Positions 48,751-61,659 of a stretch of DNA of 64,000 nt are shown here, piece by piece. The position numbers and the translations under genes are program-made. Under the pieces are notes generated by a model. That model was not told where the DNA came from. It did not search any database and saw only the letters and a program-made list of their open reading frames with translations. Positions within the stretch are counted from its first letter, which is position 1, and each line of letters begins with the position of its first letter. The stretch covers positions 58,528,001 to 58,592,000 of the forward strand of contig NC_082712.1 in NCBI RefSeq assembly GCF_030144855.1, in the 5' to 3' direction. Source of the DNA: Hypanus sabinus (lineage: Eukaryota).

Positions 48751-49159
48751 CTTAGCTTTTGGGTTTCTTTGTTTTGTGGTGACCCGTAAAGAGGCAAATC
48801 TCAAGGTTCTATAATGTATACATACTTTGATAGTAAAAGTACTTTGAACTTTAGATTTTCAATGTGTGTAAAACCAGATATTTTAAATTTTGTCAAATGT
48901 AACAGCTTTCAATTTTTACAATAGATTGCAACTAAATTTGAGATGACAAGAAATTATAGTTACACATTCAAATTCATTGTATTTTCCTCCTGGGTTATGT
49001 ACTCCTATCACTGACAAGTCTGTCCAATTTATTTGCAACATCTTGGAGAAACTGAAATCTGATATATTTGGCTGAAGTTGTTTTTAAATAATTGAAAATA
49101 TCAGATTTTGCAAAACAACAATAATAGCGAAAGAGATCCCGTTCTCTTGAGAATCAATG

Positions 49160-49520
49160 TACAGAAGGACATTTATCTGCCACAGGAAGGAACAGTGCAC
49201 AGCGCCTCAATTGTAACTTGGTCTTTGTTATAAGTGTCCTTGAGTCCATCACATAATGAACTACTTGGCTTAGACCTTCAGCTATCCTTGAACTACAAGA
49301 AATCAAAAGAGCCTTGCAGCAGACACTGTCCCTACTCATATTCTCAATCCGATCCTGAGGAACCACTGTTCCAGATTTAACATCAATCCTGCCCCCCTTT
49401 TCTGAGAAGAGGAGGGACTTGGCCACTATGGTGATGCCAAAATAGTGACCATCTTCAGAAGAGAAGACAAGTCTGATTCCGGTAAATATAGAGGAGTCTC
49501 CCTACTGTCTGCCATACTAG
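49160..49520 (+). mobile_element. RTE-clade LINE RT fragment
   Basis: GDAKIVTIF...DKSDSGKYRGVSLLSA. Confidence 0.7.
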
Positions 49521-50878
49521 AGGACATGCACTTAACATGAAATGGGAAGAGTTCACAGGAGATGTGCAGGGCAAGTTGCTTTACACACAGAGTGCTGGAT
49601 GCCTACATACACTGCTAGGGTTGATAGTGGAAGCAAGTCTGATAGAAGCATTTAAGAGGCTTTTGCATAGGTATACGGATGTGTAGAAAATGGTAAGATG
49701 GAAATTGTGTCAGCAGAAGAGATTAATTTAGTTAGACATCTAAATACTACTTTAATTAGTTCAGCACTACTTCATGGGCCGAAGGGCCTGTTCCTCTGCC
49801 GTACATTCTAGGTTGCTAATCCCACTTGCTGCACGTAGTCCATATCCCTCCATTCCCTGCCTGTTCACATGCCTGCCTAAATGTCCCTTGAATATCGTGT
49901 CTGTTTTCACTTCTTCCCCTTGCAGCATGTCCCAAGCACCGGCTACTCCCCGTGGAAAAAAATACCTATCTCATAAATCTCCTTTGAACTTTACCTCTCT
50001 CACCTTAAACTTTGCTCACTCATACACAACAATTCCGCACTGGGGAAAAGACTGAATTGCTACCCTATCTAAGCCCTATCTGTCGGAATTTTATAAACTT
50101 CTATAAGGTGGCGATTCAGCGAATACAGTCAAAGTTTGCCTAACCTCTCCTTATAGCTATTATCTCAAAAACCAGATGACATCTTGGTGAATCTCTTCTG
50201 CACCTTCTCCAAAACCTCCACATACTTCCCGTAATGGGATAACTGGAACTGCAGATGATATTCCAGGAGAGACTTAACCAAAGTTTTATACAGATGCAAT
50301 GTGACTTGCCGGTTTGTTTACTCAGTACTCTGACAGATAAAGGTAAGCATGCCATTAGCCTTCTTTACCACCCTGTTGACTTGTGCTGCCACTTTCAGTG
50401 ATTTGCACCTCAAGCTCTCTCTGTACATCAATGTTCCTAAAGGCCCTACCGTTTACTGTATACTTTCCTCTTACATTTGACCTCCAAAAGTTGCAGATTT
50501 GGTGGCTAAGCTCCATGTCACAACCATGCAGGCAAAAGGAGCTGGTGGAGGTCAACTGATCTTCAAGCTTGCTCCGATATTTATAACTTCATGAAATAAA
50601 ATAAAAATAACAAAGTTATTTTCATTAAATAATTTAATAACTTCGTGGCTGATTTTGTACCTCAAGCAATATTTTTCTGCCCTATCTCCATGCACTTTGA
50701 TTTCCTTATTATAGAATGAACTCCATGACTTCTGAGGTAGAGAATTCCCAAGATTTACCAGCTTGTGAACGAAGAAAACTCTCTTCACTTCAATCCTATA
50801 TAGCCTATTGCTTAGTTTAAAACTATGTTCCCGAGTTCTTAACTCCTCAGATAAGGGAACTATACTTCTCACATCTTT

Positions 50879-53545
50879 CATAGAAACATAGAAACCCTAC
50901 AGCACAATACAGGCCATTCAGCCCACAATGCTGTGCTAAACATGTACTCTCTTTACCTTAGGTTACACATAGTCCTCCATTTTTCTAAGTTCCATGTACC
51001 TATCCAGGAGTCTCTGAAACGACCCTATCGTATCCCCCTCCACCACTGTCACTGGCAGCCCATTCCATGCACTCACCACTCTCTGTGTAAAAAACTGACC
51101 CCTGACATCTCCTCTGTACCTCCTTCCAAGCACCTTAAAACTGCGCCCTTTCGCATTAGCCATTTCAGCCCTGGGAAAAAGCCTCTGACTATCCACAAGA
51201 TCAATGCCCCTCATCATCTTATACACCTCTACCAGATCACCTCTCATCCTACATCACTTCAAGGAGAAAAGGCCGAGTTCACTCTACCTATTCTCATAGG
51301 GCATGTTCACCAATCCAGGCAACATCCTTGTAAATCTCCTCTGCACCCTTTCTATGGTTTCCACATCCTTCCTGTAGTGAGGTAACCAGAACTGAGCACA
51401 GTACTCAAAGTGTGGTCTGACCAGGGTCCTATATAGCTGTAACATTACCTCTTGGCTTTTGAACTCAATCCTACAGTTGATGAAAGCCAATACACTGTAT
51501 GCCTTCTTAATCACACGATCTATCTGCGCAGCAGCTTTGAGTGTCCTATGGACTCAGACCCCAAAATCCCTCTGATCCTCCACACTGCCAAAGGTCCTAC
51601 TATATTTTGCTATCTTATTTGACCTACCAGAATGAACCACCTCACACTTATCTGGGTTGAAATCCATCTGCCACTTCTTAGACTACTTTTGCATTCTATT
51701 GATGTCCCGCTGTAACCTTTGACAGCCCTCCACACTATCCACAACACCCCCAACCTTTGTATCATCAGCAAATTTACTAACCCATCCCTACACTTCCTCA
51801 TCCAAGTTATTTATAAAAATCAGGAAGAGAAGGGGTTCCAGAACAGATCCCTGAAGCATACCACTGGTGACCGACCTCAATGCAGAATATAACCCATCTA
51901 CAACCACTCGTTGCTTTCTGTGTGCAAGCTAATTCTGGATCCACAAAGCAATATCCCTTTGTATCCCGTGTCTCCTTTCTTTCTCAATAAGCCTTACATG
52001 GAGCACCTTATCAAATGCCTTGCTGAAATCCATATTCACTACATCTACTACTCTACCTTCATCAATGAGTTTAGTCACACCCTCAAAAAGTTCAATCAGG
52101 CTCGTAAGGCACAACCTGCCTTTGACAAAGCCATGCTGATTATTCCTAATCATATTATGCCTCTCCAAATGTTCATAAATCCTGCCTCTCAGGATCTTCT
52201 CCATCAACTTACCAACCACTGAAGTAAGACTCACTGGTCTATAATTTTCTGGCCTATCTCTACTCCCTTTCTTCAATAAGGGAACAACATTTGCAATCCT
52301 CCATTCCTCTGGAACCTCTCCTGTCCCCATTGATGATGAAAAGATCATCACCAGAGGCTCAGCAATCTCCTCCCTCACCTCCCACAATAGCCTGGGTTAT
52401 ATTTCATCCAGTCCCGGTGACTTATCCAACTTGATGCTTTCCAAAAGCTCCAGCACATCCTCTTTCTTAATAACTACATGCTCAAGCTTTCAGTTCACTG
52501 CAAGTCATCCTTACAATCGCCAATGTCCTTTTCCGTAGTGAGTACTGAAGCAAAGTATTCATTAAGAACCTCTCCTATCTCCTCCAGTTCCATACAAGCT
52601 TTTCCACTGTCACACTTCATTGGTCCTATTCTCTCATGTCTTATCGTCTTGCTCTGTGCATACTTGTAGAATGCCTTGGAATTTTCTTTAATCCTGCTCA
52701 CCAAGTCCTTCTCATGGCCCCTTCTGGCTCTCCTAATTTCATTCTTAAGCTCCTTCCTGCTAGCCTTATAATCTTCTAGACCTCTATCATTACCTAGTTT
52801 TTTGAGCTTTTCGTAAGCTCTTCTTTTCTTCTTGATTAGATTTTTCAACTGCCTTTGTACACCACTGTTCCCGTACCTTACCATCCTTTCCCTGTCTCAT
52901 TAGAATGTACAGTACCTTTGCAGAACTCCACGCAAATATCCCCTGAACATTTGCCACATTTCTGCCGTACATTTCCCTGAGAATATCTGTTCCCAATTTA
53001 TGCTTCAAGTTCCTGCCTGATTTATTTCCCCTTACTCCAATTAAACACCTACCTAACTTGTCTGTTCCTATCTCTCTCCAATGCTATTGTAAAGGAGATA
53101 GAATTGTGATCACTATCTCCAAAATGGTCTCCCACTGAGAGATCTGACACCTGATTAGGTTCATTTCCCAAATCAAGCACAGTCTCTCCTCTTGTGGGCT
53201 TATCTACCTTTGTATCAGGAAACCTTCCTGAACACCCCTAACAAACTCCACCCCTTCTAATCCCCTCGCTCTAGGGAGATGCCAATCAATATAGGGGAAA
53301 TTAAAATCCCACATCTCGACAACCCTGTTAATATTGCACTGTTCCAGAATTGGCTCCCTATCGATGTCCCTGTTATTATTGGGTGGTTTATAAAAGAACA
53401 CCCAGTAGAGTTATTGACCCCTTCCTGTTTCTAACTTCCCCCCACAGAGATTCAGTAGACAATCCCTCCATGACTTCGTCCTTTTCTGTAGCTATAACAC
53501 TATCTCTCATCAGCTGTGCCACACTCGCACCTCTTTTCCTCCCTC
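50879..53545 (-). mobile_element. CR1 LINE ORF2 (EN-RT) fragment nested in an older CR1
   Basis: WDFNFPYIDW, NYRPVSLTSVVGK, DFSKAFDKV, LVRPHFEYC; CATAGAAA repeat tail at 50879. Confidence 0.92.
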
Positions 53546-53774
53546 CCTTTCCTCTTGAATCCAACAAGAAGTTGGTACATCAATTACCTCTAGTTCTTCT
53601 AAATTCTAGACAGCAGAAGCCTAATCTATCCTCATACAACGGAGTCACCAGTCCAGAAACCAGTCTGATGATTCTTCGCTGCATTCCCGCTACAAGAAGC
53701 ATTTTCTTTACTGGAACATTAGGGCATAATAGTGCATAATATTCCAATTACGATTTCATCAAGGCCCAATATTA

Positions 53775-54620
53775 AGATATCAGAATAAAATCTGGTTCAT
53801 TATTATTACTGACATACCTAATGAAATTTGTTGTTTGTAGCAGCAGTAGAGTGCAATGCATAAAATATTACTACAAGTCATAATAATAAATAAATAAATA
53901 AATGATGCGAAACAGGAATAGCAAGTTATTTTCCATGGACCACTCAGAAATCTAAAGATAGATGGGTGGTCCTCAGGCTCCGGTACCTCCCTTCCAATTG
54001 AAGTAACAGGAAGGGGGCATGCCCTATATGATGGGAGACTTTAATGATCTTCTTGAAAATGTTCTCGATGATGGGGAAGCTTGTGCCTGAGATGGAGCTG
54101 GCTGAGTCTACAACACTCTGCAGTTACTTTTAATCCCGTGCATTAGAGCTTCCATACCAGATGGTGATGCAACTAATCAGAATGTTCTCCATGGTACATC
54201 TATAGAAATTTGCTAGAGTCTTTGGTGGCATACCACATCTCTTCAGACTCCTAATAAAGTATAGCCGCTGGCTGTCTCCTTTGTGATTGCATTAATGTAT
54301 TGGGGCTAGGACAGATCTTTGAGATGTTGATGCTCAGGAACTTGAAACTGCTCACCCTTTCCACCACTGACATCTCAATGAGTATGGATATGTGCTTTTC
54401 AGACTCTCCTTGCTGAAATCCATAATCAATTCTTTGTTCTCATTGATGCCGAGTGCAAGGTTGTTGATGTGACACCACTTAACCAGCTGATCTATCTTGC
54501 TTCTGTATGCCTCTTCATTACCATCAGACTTTCCGCCAAAACTGTGGTGGCAGATGGCATATGAACTGTGCCTAGCCACACAGTTATGAGTGTAGAGACC
54601 AGAGCAGTGGGCTAAGCACT
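53775..54620 (-). mobile_element. Rex1/Babar-like LINE 3' fragment
   Basis: EEAYRSKIDQLVKWCHINNLALGINENKELIMDF. Confidence 0.8.
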
Positions 54621-55264
54621 AAAAGAAATACTTATTTTTGTAACAAACAATAAAGGCTAACAAACCATTTTCCTTGGTGTTCCACTGACTTGATCTCACC
54701 AACTTGTGAGCAAGCAATACCCACATTTCTGAATCTCCATCTTTTAACGTCTGATTGAGATGCGTGGGAAATCCTTACTCACAAGTTATTTAATAAATTT
54801 TATAATTAATTTTCTATTCCTTCTCCTAAAGTGGATGACCTAATATTTCCCCCCTGCAGTGTCCCACATACACAGCTTCTCCATACTTCTTTTATACCTT
54901 CACAATCCACCATCCTAACCTTTTTTATGACATAGGCCCCTACCATTAACCTAGTTGTTCCTGAACCCCGGATCTAAACATATTACTCTAATAAAACTTG
55001 GAGCAATGATACTTGGTCCCCTTGTCAAAACCATTGATATAGTTTGGGCATATCTGGCTTCCAAGCATCAATCCCTGAGGCACCCCATTTACAGCCTTCC
55101 AACCTGAAAGGTATATAAGGTAATAGGCTTTACACTTAATGCCCATGGTACTAAAGTCCTCTACCAACCCAACCTGACCAAAAGGTAAAACATTGCCATT
55201 CAATGTCAATCCATGTCAAAAACCTAAAAATTGTGATCCATTTTCAATATCTTTTGAGATATCC

Positions 55265-55640
55265 ATCAGCAAGGGCTGGCTCTATTGATGAAAATAGCCA
55301 TTGCCTTCCGCAAGCAGCACCTCCTTCAGTTGTTGCTGAAGAAAACTGTGTTTGAAAAGGAAGACCTCAAAACTGGCACAAAGCTCTTTGTCTTGGCAGC
55401 AGTGACCATTATGCTGGTGAGACACAGAATACCTGTTACTTTCCAAGTATTGGACCGAGACCATCGATGACGTCTCTGTGGAATATTGCAAAACTTCTGC
55501 CAGGATCAGTGAATCAATATCAGCAGTCTCTTCCAGACCAACATCCTCAGCATTGAGGCTCTAATTGTGCTTTGCTGGCTTTGATAAGCAGGCCATGTTG
55601 TTTGGATGCCAACACAAGATTTCCAAACTCTGACAAAATC
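55265..55640 (+). mobile_element. RTE-clade LINE C-terminal fragment
   Basis: KTVFEKEDLKTGTKL resembles RTE 'RVFE..DL...TKL'. Confidence 0.6.
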
Positions 55641-55779
55641 AAGATGGAGATAGGGGGAGGATGAAAAATTCCCTAGGCAAAAACTGGAAAGGAATGGTAA
55701 AAAGCTAACTGGTAAAATTAAGTGCCCCCAGTTGGTTCTGATTATGTATTGTAATAAAATATAAAGAATAAAAAGAAGT

Positions 55780-56830
55780 TAGGCAAGGCAGAACAGCCAT
55801 TACTTGAGTGGACCGTGTTAGAGTGGGGAACTGAGACTTTGGATCAAGAGGTTTTGGCAAGAAGAGGCGACAGCTAAGGTAATGTTTTAAGGTCTATTTC
55901 TTTCTTTATTATTGTACAGGGAGAGCAGTAGGAGTGGAACTTAGGGTAGCGGTGTGCTCCGCTTTCACAATATGAGAAGTCAGAGACAATCCAGTGTCTC
56001 TGATGACCTCAGTTCCTTACAGACTGTGCTGGGTAAATGGAGCTGGATCTGGATAAATTGTGGATTATTCAGGAGAGTGAGGACTGAGGAGACAGGAGTT
56101 ACAGGGAGGTAGACACACCTAAGTTGTAGGAGGCAGGTAGCTGGGTGACTGTCAGGAAAGGGAAAGGAATAGACAGTCAGTGCATGGGATCCCTGTGGCT
56201 ATTCCCTTCAAAAGCAAGAATATAGCTTTGAACACTGTTCGGGGGGGGGGGGGGGGAGCATACCAAGGGAAATCTGCACAGTTTCAGAAGGGAAGTGGGG
56301 AGAAGAGTGTGGTAGTGACAAGGGAATCAATGATTAGAGTAACCAAAATGAGATTCTGTGGAGATAAAAGAGATTCCCAGATGGTATGCTGACTCCCAGG
56401 TACCAGGATCAGGGATACCACAGATTGGGTCCAAAGCATTCTTCAGGAGGAAGGTGAGCAGCCGGAATTCATGGTAGCTAGGAAAAGGGATGAGATCCTG
56501 AAGAGCCAATACAGGGAGAGTTTGGAAGTTAGGAGCTAGGAATATAGCTACTACAGTAAAACTTGGAGAAATGATACTTGCTCTTTTCATTAAAACCTTT
56601 CATATAGATTGGGAAGCCCTGAGGCATTCTATTCACAGCCTGACAACCTGCAAAGCATATGAGCCGATATATAAAATCTCTGTATTGCTGCCTACATGCC
56701 TTGTTCCAGAGAGGGTAGAAATAGTATGGTATGGCAGATGAATGTGTGGCTGAAGAGCTGGTGCAGGCGGCAAGGTTTCAGGTTTGTAGATCAGTGCGAT
56801 CTGTTTTGGGAAAGATGGGGACCTGCCAGA
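55780..56830 (+). mobile_element. CR1 LINE 5' region (ORF1 esterase remnant)
   Basis: SVVVTRESMIRV...FCG...RDSQMVC and NVWLKSWCRRQGFRFVD, typical of CR1 ORF1. Confidence 0.75.
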
Positions 56831-57914
56831 GGACAGGGCAGCAGGTGTAAAGATACTCTGCCGTACTGTTCAAAGTGCTATGTTCAAAATTTGATGAAGT
56901 TCTTTCTCATTCTAAGACCTAAACAATGGTTTAGCATGCTCAAAAAATTCTTCTGCACATTAATATATAAGCAAAACCAAGTGAAAAATGTCATTAAGTA
57001 GCAAGTGAATTTTTCATCTCCTGAACATTAATTACCAGTTTACAATCTTATAGAGTATGTTTGCATAATTAGGTAGTCAGTTTACTTGGCAGGTCCAGCT
57101 GATTAATATCTCGGTTGCTTCAGATTATTTAAAGCATTGAGGAATGAGCATTATAACCTTTAGTGTATGTTGAGATTAGGTGATATAATGAACATAAAGA
57201 TTAAGTTCATCTTTGTGTTCATCATACCATCTAACCTCAGTGTTCAGTGCCGCCATTAACAACAAGGCTTCATTAGAGATTTAACAGCTTCAACATGTGC
57301 AAAAGCTTTCCTAAACATCACAGCTTTTTAAGTAATCCTTTACTCTCAGCACCTAAAGGGTATGTGGTGAACAGGAATGCATCTCAGTAAGATCGGATAA
57401 AAAGATTGTGGTTTCTGAATACAAAAACTTGTTACCATCCTCCACAATTTTTCCTGTCTTTTTCTAATTAATTTGCTGTTTGTTTTTGGATTTGGCCAAC
57501 ACAGCCAGAGCTTGACTCTAACAACCCTTGAGGAGACCAGGGGTGAGCTGTTGTCATGAACAGCAGCATCTTTTTGGTGAAGGTTGTCCCATTGAGCTTT
57601 TGGGTATGGACTTTCAGGACATGATAATGAAGACCACATTTCCAAATCGGGATGGTGTATGACTTGCAACAGGCCTAGAGTAAAGGTGTTCCCAAGCACA
57701 TGTCCTTCTTGGTGGATTAGGAAGATGGTGGGTTTGGGATGTGTATTCATTACAATCAGTAGGCATCAATGATGGACCTGCTCCTGTAACTACAGTATTT
57801 ATGTGGCTGCACCACTTTAGTTCCAGGTCAGATGTGACTTAAGATATTGATCTAGCTTACCTCTTGATGTTGGTGTCAATGAATGTTAAGGGGAAGTGAT
57901 AACCCTCTTTTTTT

Positions 57915-58650
57915 TTGTATGTCACCAAAGACTCTAGTAAATTTCTACAGATTACCATTGAGAGCAACACGTACAAACAAGCTGGATGAACTCAGCAGGT
58001 TGGGCAGCATCCGTTGAAACGAGCAGTCAACGTGACCATTTGTCTTGGCCCGAAACGTTGACTGCTCGTTTCAACGGATGCTGCCCAACCTGCCGAGTTC
58101 ATCCAGCTTGTTTGTACCTGTTGATTTGACCACTGCATCTGCAGTGTACTTGGTGTTTACCATTGAGAGCATTCTGACGCATTGCACCATGGAGGAGCCA
58201 ATGCATATATTCAGAAAAGGCTGCTAAGTGTTGTAGTTTCAGCCAGCTCCATTATGGGCACTAGCAGCCCCCCACCAGCCCCCACCCTTGAGGACATATT
58301 CAAAAGATAATGTCCCAGGAAAGAGGCATCCATCATGAAAGACCTTCACTGTTCAGGCAATGCCCTCTTCTCATTATGACCATCTCAGAAGAAATACAGG
58401 AGCCTGAAGATACACACTCGATGTCCTAGGAACATCTTCTCCTGCTCTGCCATCAGCTTTCTGAACAATCCATGAACCCATAAACACTACCTCACTATTT
58501 TGCTCATGTTTGCACTGTTTATTTATTTTTATATATTCTCATTGTAACTTATCATAATTTTTATGTATCGTACTGTACTCCAGCCTCAAAACAACAAATT
58601 TCACAATATACGGTGTATCAGTGATAATAAAGATGATTCTGATTCTCATT
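57915..58650 (+). mobile_element. Rex1/Babar-like LINE 3' fragment hosting the hairpin insertion
   Basis: NFYR-TIESILT is split by the insertion; (GATTCT)n tail. Confidence 0.75.
57967..58156 (+). mobile_element. 190-bp Penelope-derived hairpin insertion
   Basis: 63-nt inverted arms (57971-58033 / 58055-58117, one mismatch); 15-bp TSD TTACCATTGAGAGCA (57952-57966 / 58157-58171); inserted in a Rex-like LINE fragment. Confidence 0.85.
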
Positions 58651-59350
58651 GGAAATCAAGAGCAGATTTCAGAATCAGAATCAGATATATTATCATTTAT
58701 TTACATGACATGAAAATTGTTTTGCAGTTGCGTTTCAGTGCGAATTCATTAAATTACTTCAAATTACAAAAATACATAAACTATGCATAAAAAGGAATTA
58801 CTAGGTAGAGTTCACAGACCATTCAGGAATCTGATGGTGCAGGAGAAGAAGCTATTTCTGAATTGTTGAGCCTAGGTCTCCATGCTGCTGTAAACTACTT
58901 TAGAAAAACAAGGCATAGAGCAGCTATTTGATAACAGTTCTTGAAGCTGGGACAGTGAAAAGCAGGCATGGGACTGCTCCCCAATCACTATCAGGTTTGG
59001 AATTCCATTTCTATGAACTACAGACAAGCTTATATCACTAACTAGGTGCCCTAATCCTCTGCAGTCTGAAATAGAGGAAGTCATTTAAACAAATAGATGC
59101 TTTTAGTGTTTTCCAACACAATTATCAGCTTAATGGAGATAAGCAATGGGGAGTAGAGTTTCCACTCTTCTCTACCTCTGATGTAAGCATAATGTGGGTG
59201 GGAGCATTAAAATCAATGCCAACAACTGTGGAAGGTTTAAGCATGAGTGAATTACAGCCAAATTCACTCAGACTCACTCATCTTGTTGTGTACCTCTGGC
59301 ATCTCCCCCAGTGCAAAATCCTGCCAATTGCAAATCATGCATCATACAGA

Positions 59351-59564
59351 TGATGCACCATCAATAACTCACACTGAGACGTAAGGCGAGATATCGGCTT
59401 TTAGTGACTGGAAGAAGGAACCAGGAGTGAGTGTCCATCATACTATGTCCTAGAGACTGAGGCCGAGCGTCAGGCCTCAGGTCTCCTTTATACAGGGGCC
59501 TGTGGGAGGAGCCACAGGAGCAGTCAGCAGGGGGCGTGTCCAGACAGGCACATATTTCACCACA
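59351..59564 (-). mobile_element. Solo LTR (214 bp), copy 3
   Basis: Close reverse-complement match to copy 1; 5-bp TSD ACAGA (59346-59350 / 59565-59569). Confidence 0.88.
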
Positions 59565-60809
59565 ACAGATACAATGGGTAAATGGCCACATGCTTTAGAA
59601 TTTGTTTCACATCAATAAGAAGCTGATTTGCTAAGAAACTTACTAATGCAAACTGATTAACCATTTAAATGGTTCACTGTAATTTATACTCTAGAAAGCC
59701 ATTTTCAGTTACCTTAAATTGTGTTACTTGCAGTTAAACAATTAGACACCACTGGAATAATTATTTTGTGCTAATACAGTAAACAAGTTTTTATTCCAAT
59801 TTCTTTAGCAAGATCAATCAAGGTTTCCTTCGGAACCCAAATTCCTGTGTTTAAGCTGGTTGGTAAAAGAGTCAGGGGAACAGGACTTTCATGTAATGAG
59901 TGAGGGGCAAAGCTAGAACGTACTGCCTGAAATAGAGATATGAAAAAGTTTATTGGCAGGCTTCAGAATGGAATTGAATAATAGAAGAAATATTGCTGGA
60001 ATTTGAGGAAAGAGCAGAGAGTAGCACTATCTGTAAACCATTTGTCTGAATGCACACAGCATGTTAGGGAAACACGCTTGCAAAATAGCCAAGGCTGTCA
60101 GTTAAATGTTCCGGGATATTCAGTTTTTAAAAGAGGTTATCAAAATGTAAGAGAAGAAGGGATGGCTGTAATAATAAACAATAAGGCAAAAGAGACAGAA
60201 ATTTGTACCTTAACTATATCATAAATGTGTTTCTTATATGTAAGAAAGTCAAGAAGTTGAATCAGACTGGATTGAGCTAAGAAATGTAACAACTACCCTG
60301 CCAAGCTCCATCAGAAATTTTGTTCATTTTAATGAGACCAACTTAACTCAAATGGAATAAGCCTAGTTTGTTTAATCTCTTGTCACAAGTCTAGCGTAAA
60401 TGCTGAGTTGAATGAAATTAGCATTATCAAAACAAAAACTGGAGAGATTAATGAGACTGGAATGTGATAAACCCCAGCACCCGATGACATACATACATCC
60501 CAAGGGCTTTACAAGGCTTTGGATAGAGGTGGTTATCAACTTCCAAAAATATTACGAATTATGCAGTGTTTCCCACATGTTGGAAGGTGGCAAGTGTGAC
60601 TCCTAATTAAGAAAAGATGGAGAGAAAAACAAGTCTGAAAGCATTTATCACCAGGCTCAAGAACGGTGCCTATCCTGCTGCTGTAAGATGATTGAACGGT
60701 TACCTAGTTTAATAAGGTGAACTTTTGATCTCACAATATACCTTGTTATAGCCTTGCACGTTATTGTCTCCCTACATTGCACTTTCTCTGTAAGTGTAGC
60801 ATTTACAAG

Positions 60810-61617
60810 TCTAAGTGTGAGGTGATGGATTTTGGAAGGACAAACCAGAAGGCTGAGTACAGGGTTAATGATCGGTTACTTAAGAGTGCAGATGAACAGA
60901 CGGACCTTGGGGTTCAAATCCATACATCCCTCAAGGTCGCTGCACAGGTTGATAGGGTAGTTAAGAAGGCCTATGGGACGTTAGGCTTCATTAATAGGGG
61001 GATTGAGTTCAAGAGTAGAGAGGTCATGTTGCAACTCTACAAATCTCTGGTGAGACCACACTTGGAGTATTGTGTTCAGTTCTGGTCACCTCATTATAGC
61101 AAGGATGTGGAAGCTATGGAGAGGGTGCAGAGGAGATTTACCAGGATGTTGCCTGGATTGGAAAACAAGTCTTATGAGGCAAGGTTAGCAGAGCTGGGGC
61201 TTTTCTCTTTGGAGCGTAGAAGAATGAGAGGAGACTTGATAGAGGTCTACAAGATTATGAGAGGCATAGATAGAGTGGATAGCCAGTACCTGTTTCCCAG
61301 GACACGAATAGCCAACACCAAAGGGCATATATACAAAGTTAAGGGAGGGAAGTTTAGAGGAGACATCAGGGGTAAGTTTATTACACAGAGGGTTGTGAGT
61401 GCCTGGAATTGCTTGCCAGGGATGGTGGTGGAGGCTAAATCATTAGGGGTATTTAAGATCCTCTGGGACAGGCACATACATAGATGAAAGAAAAATAGAG
61501 GGTTACGGGGTAGTGTGGGTTTAGTACTGTTTTTAAGGAATATATGGGTTGGCACAACATTGAGGGCTGAGGGGCCTGAATTGTGCTGCAGTATTCTAGT
61601 GTTCTGGTGTTCTAATG
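60810..61617 (+). mobile_element. Young CR1 LINE 3' fragment with an uninterrupted reading frame
   Basis: ORF 60777..61487: KCEVMDFGR...LVRPHLEYCVQFWSP...ITQRVVSAWN; inserted into a Rex-like tail. Confidence 0.92.
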
Positions 61618-61659
61618 CTCTTTATTTAAATTCTGTTATTGTTTTCTCTTGCAATGCCT

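Noticed and set aside
60777-61487. 236-aa ORF as a host or domesticated gene
   Set aside because: It is the C-terminal part of CR1 ORF2 followed by the CR1 tail, that is, a young 5'-truncated insertion.
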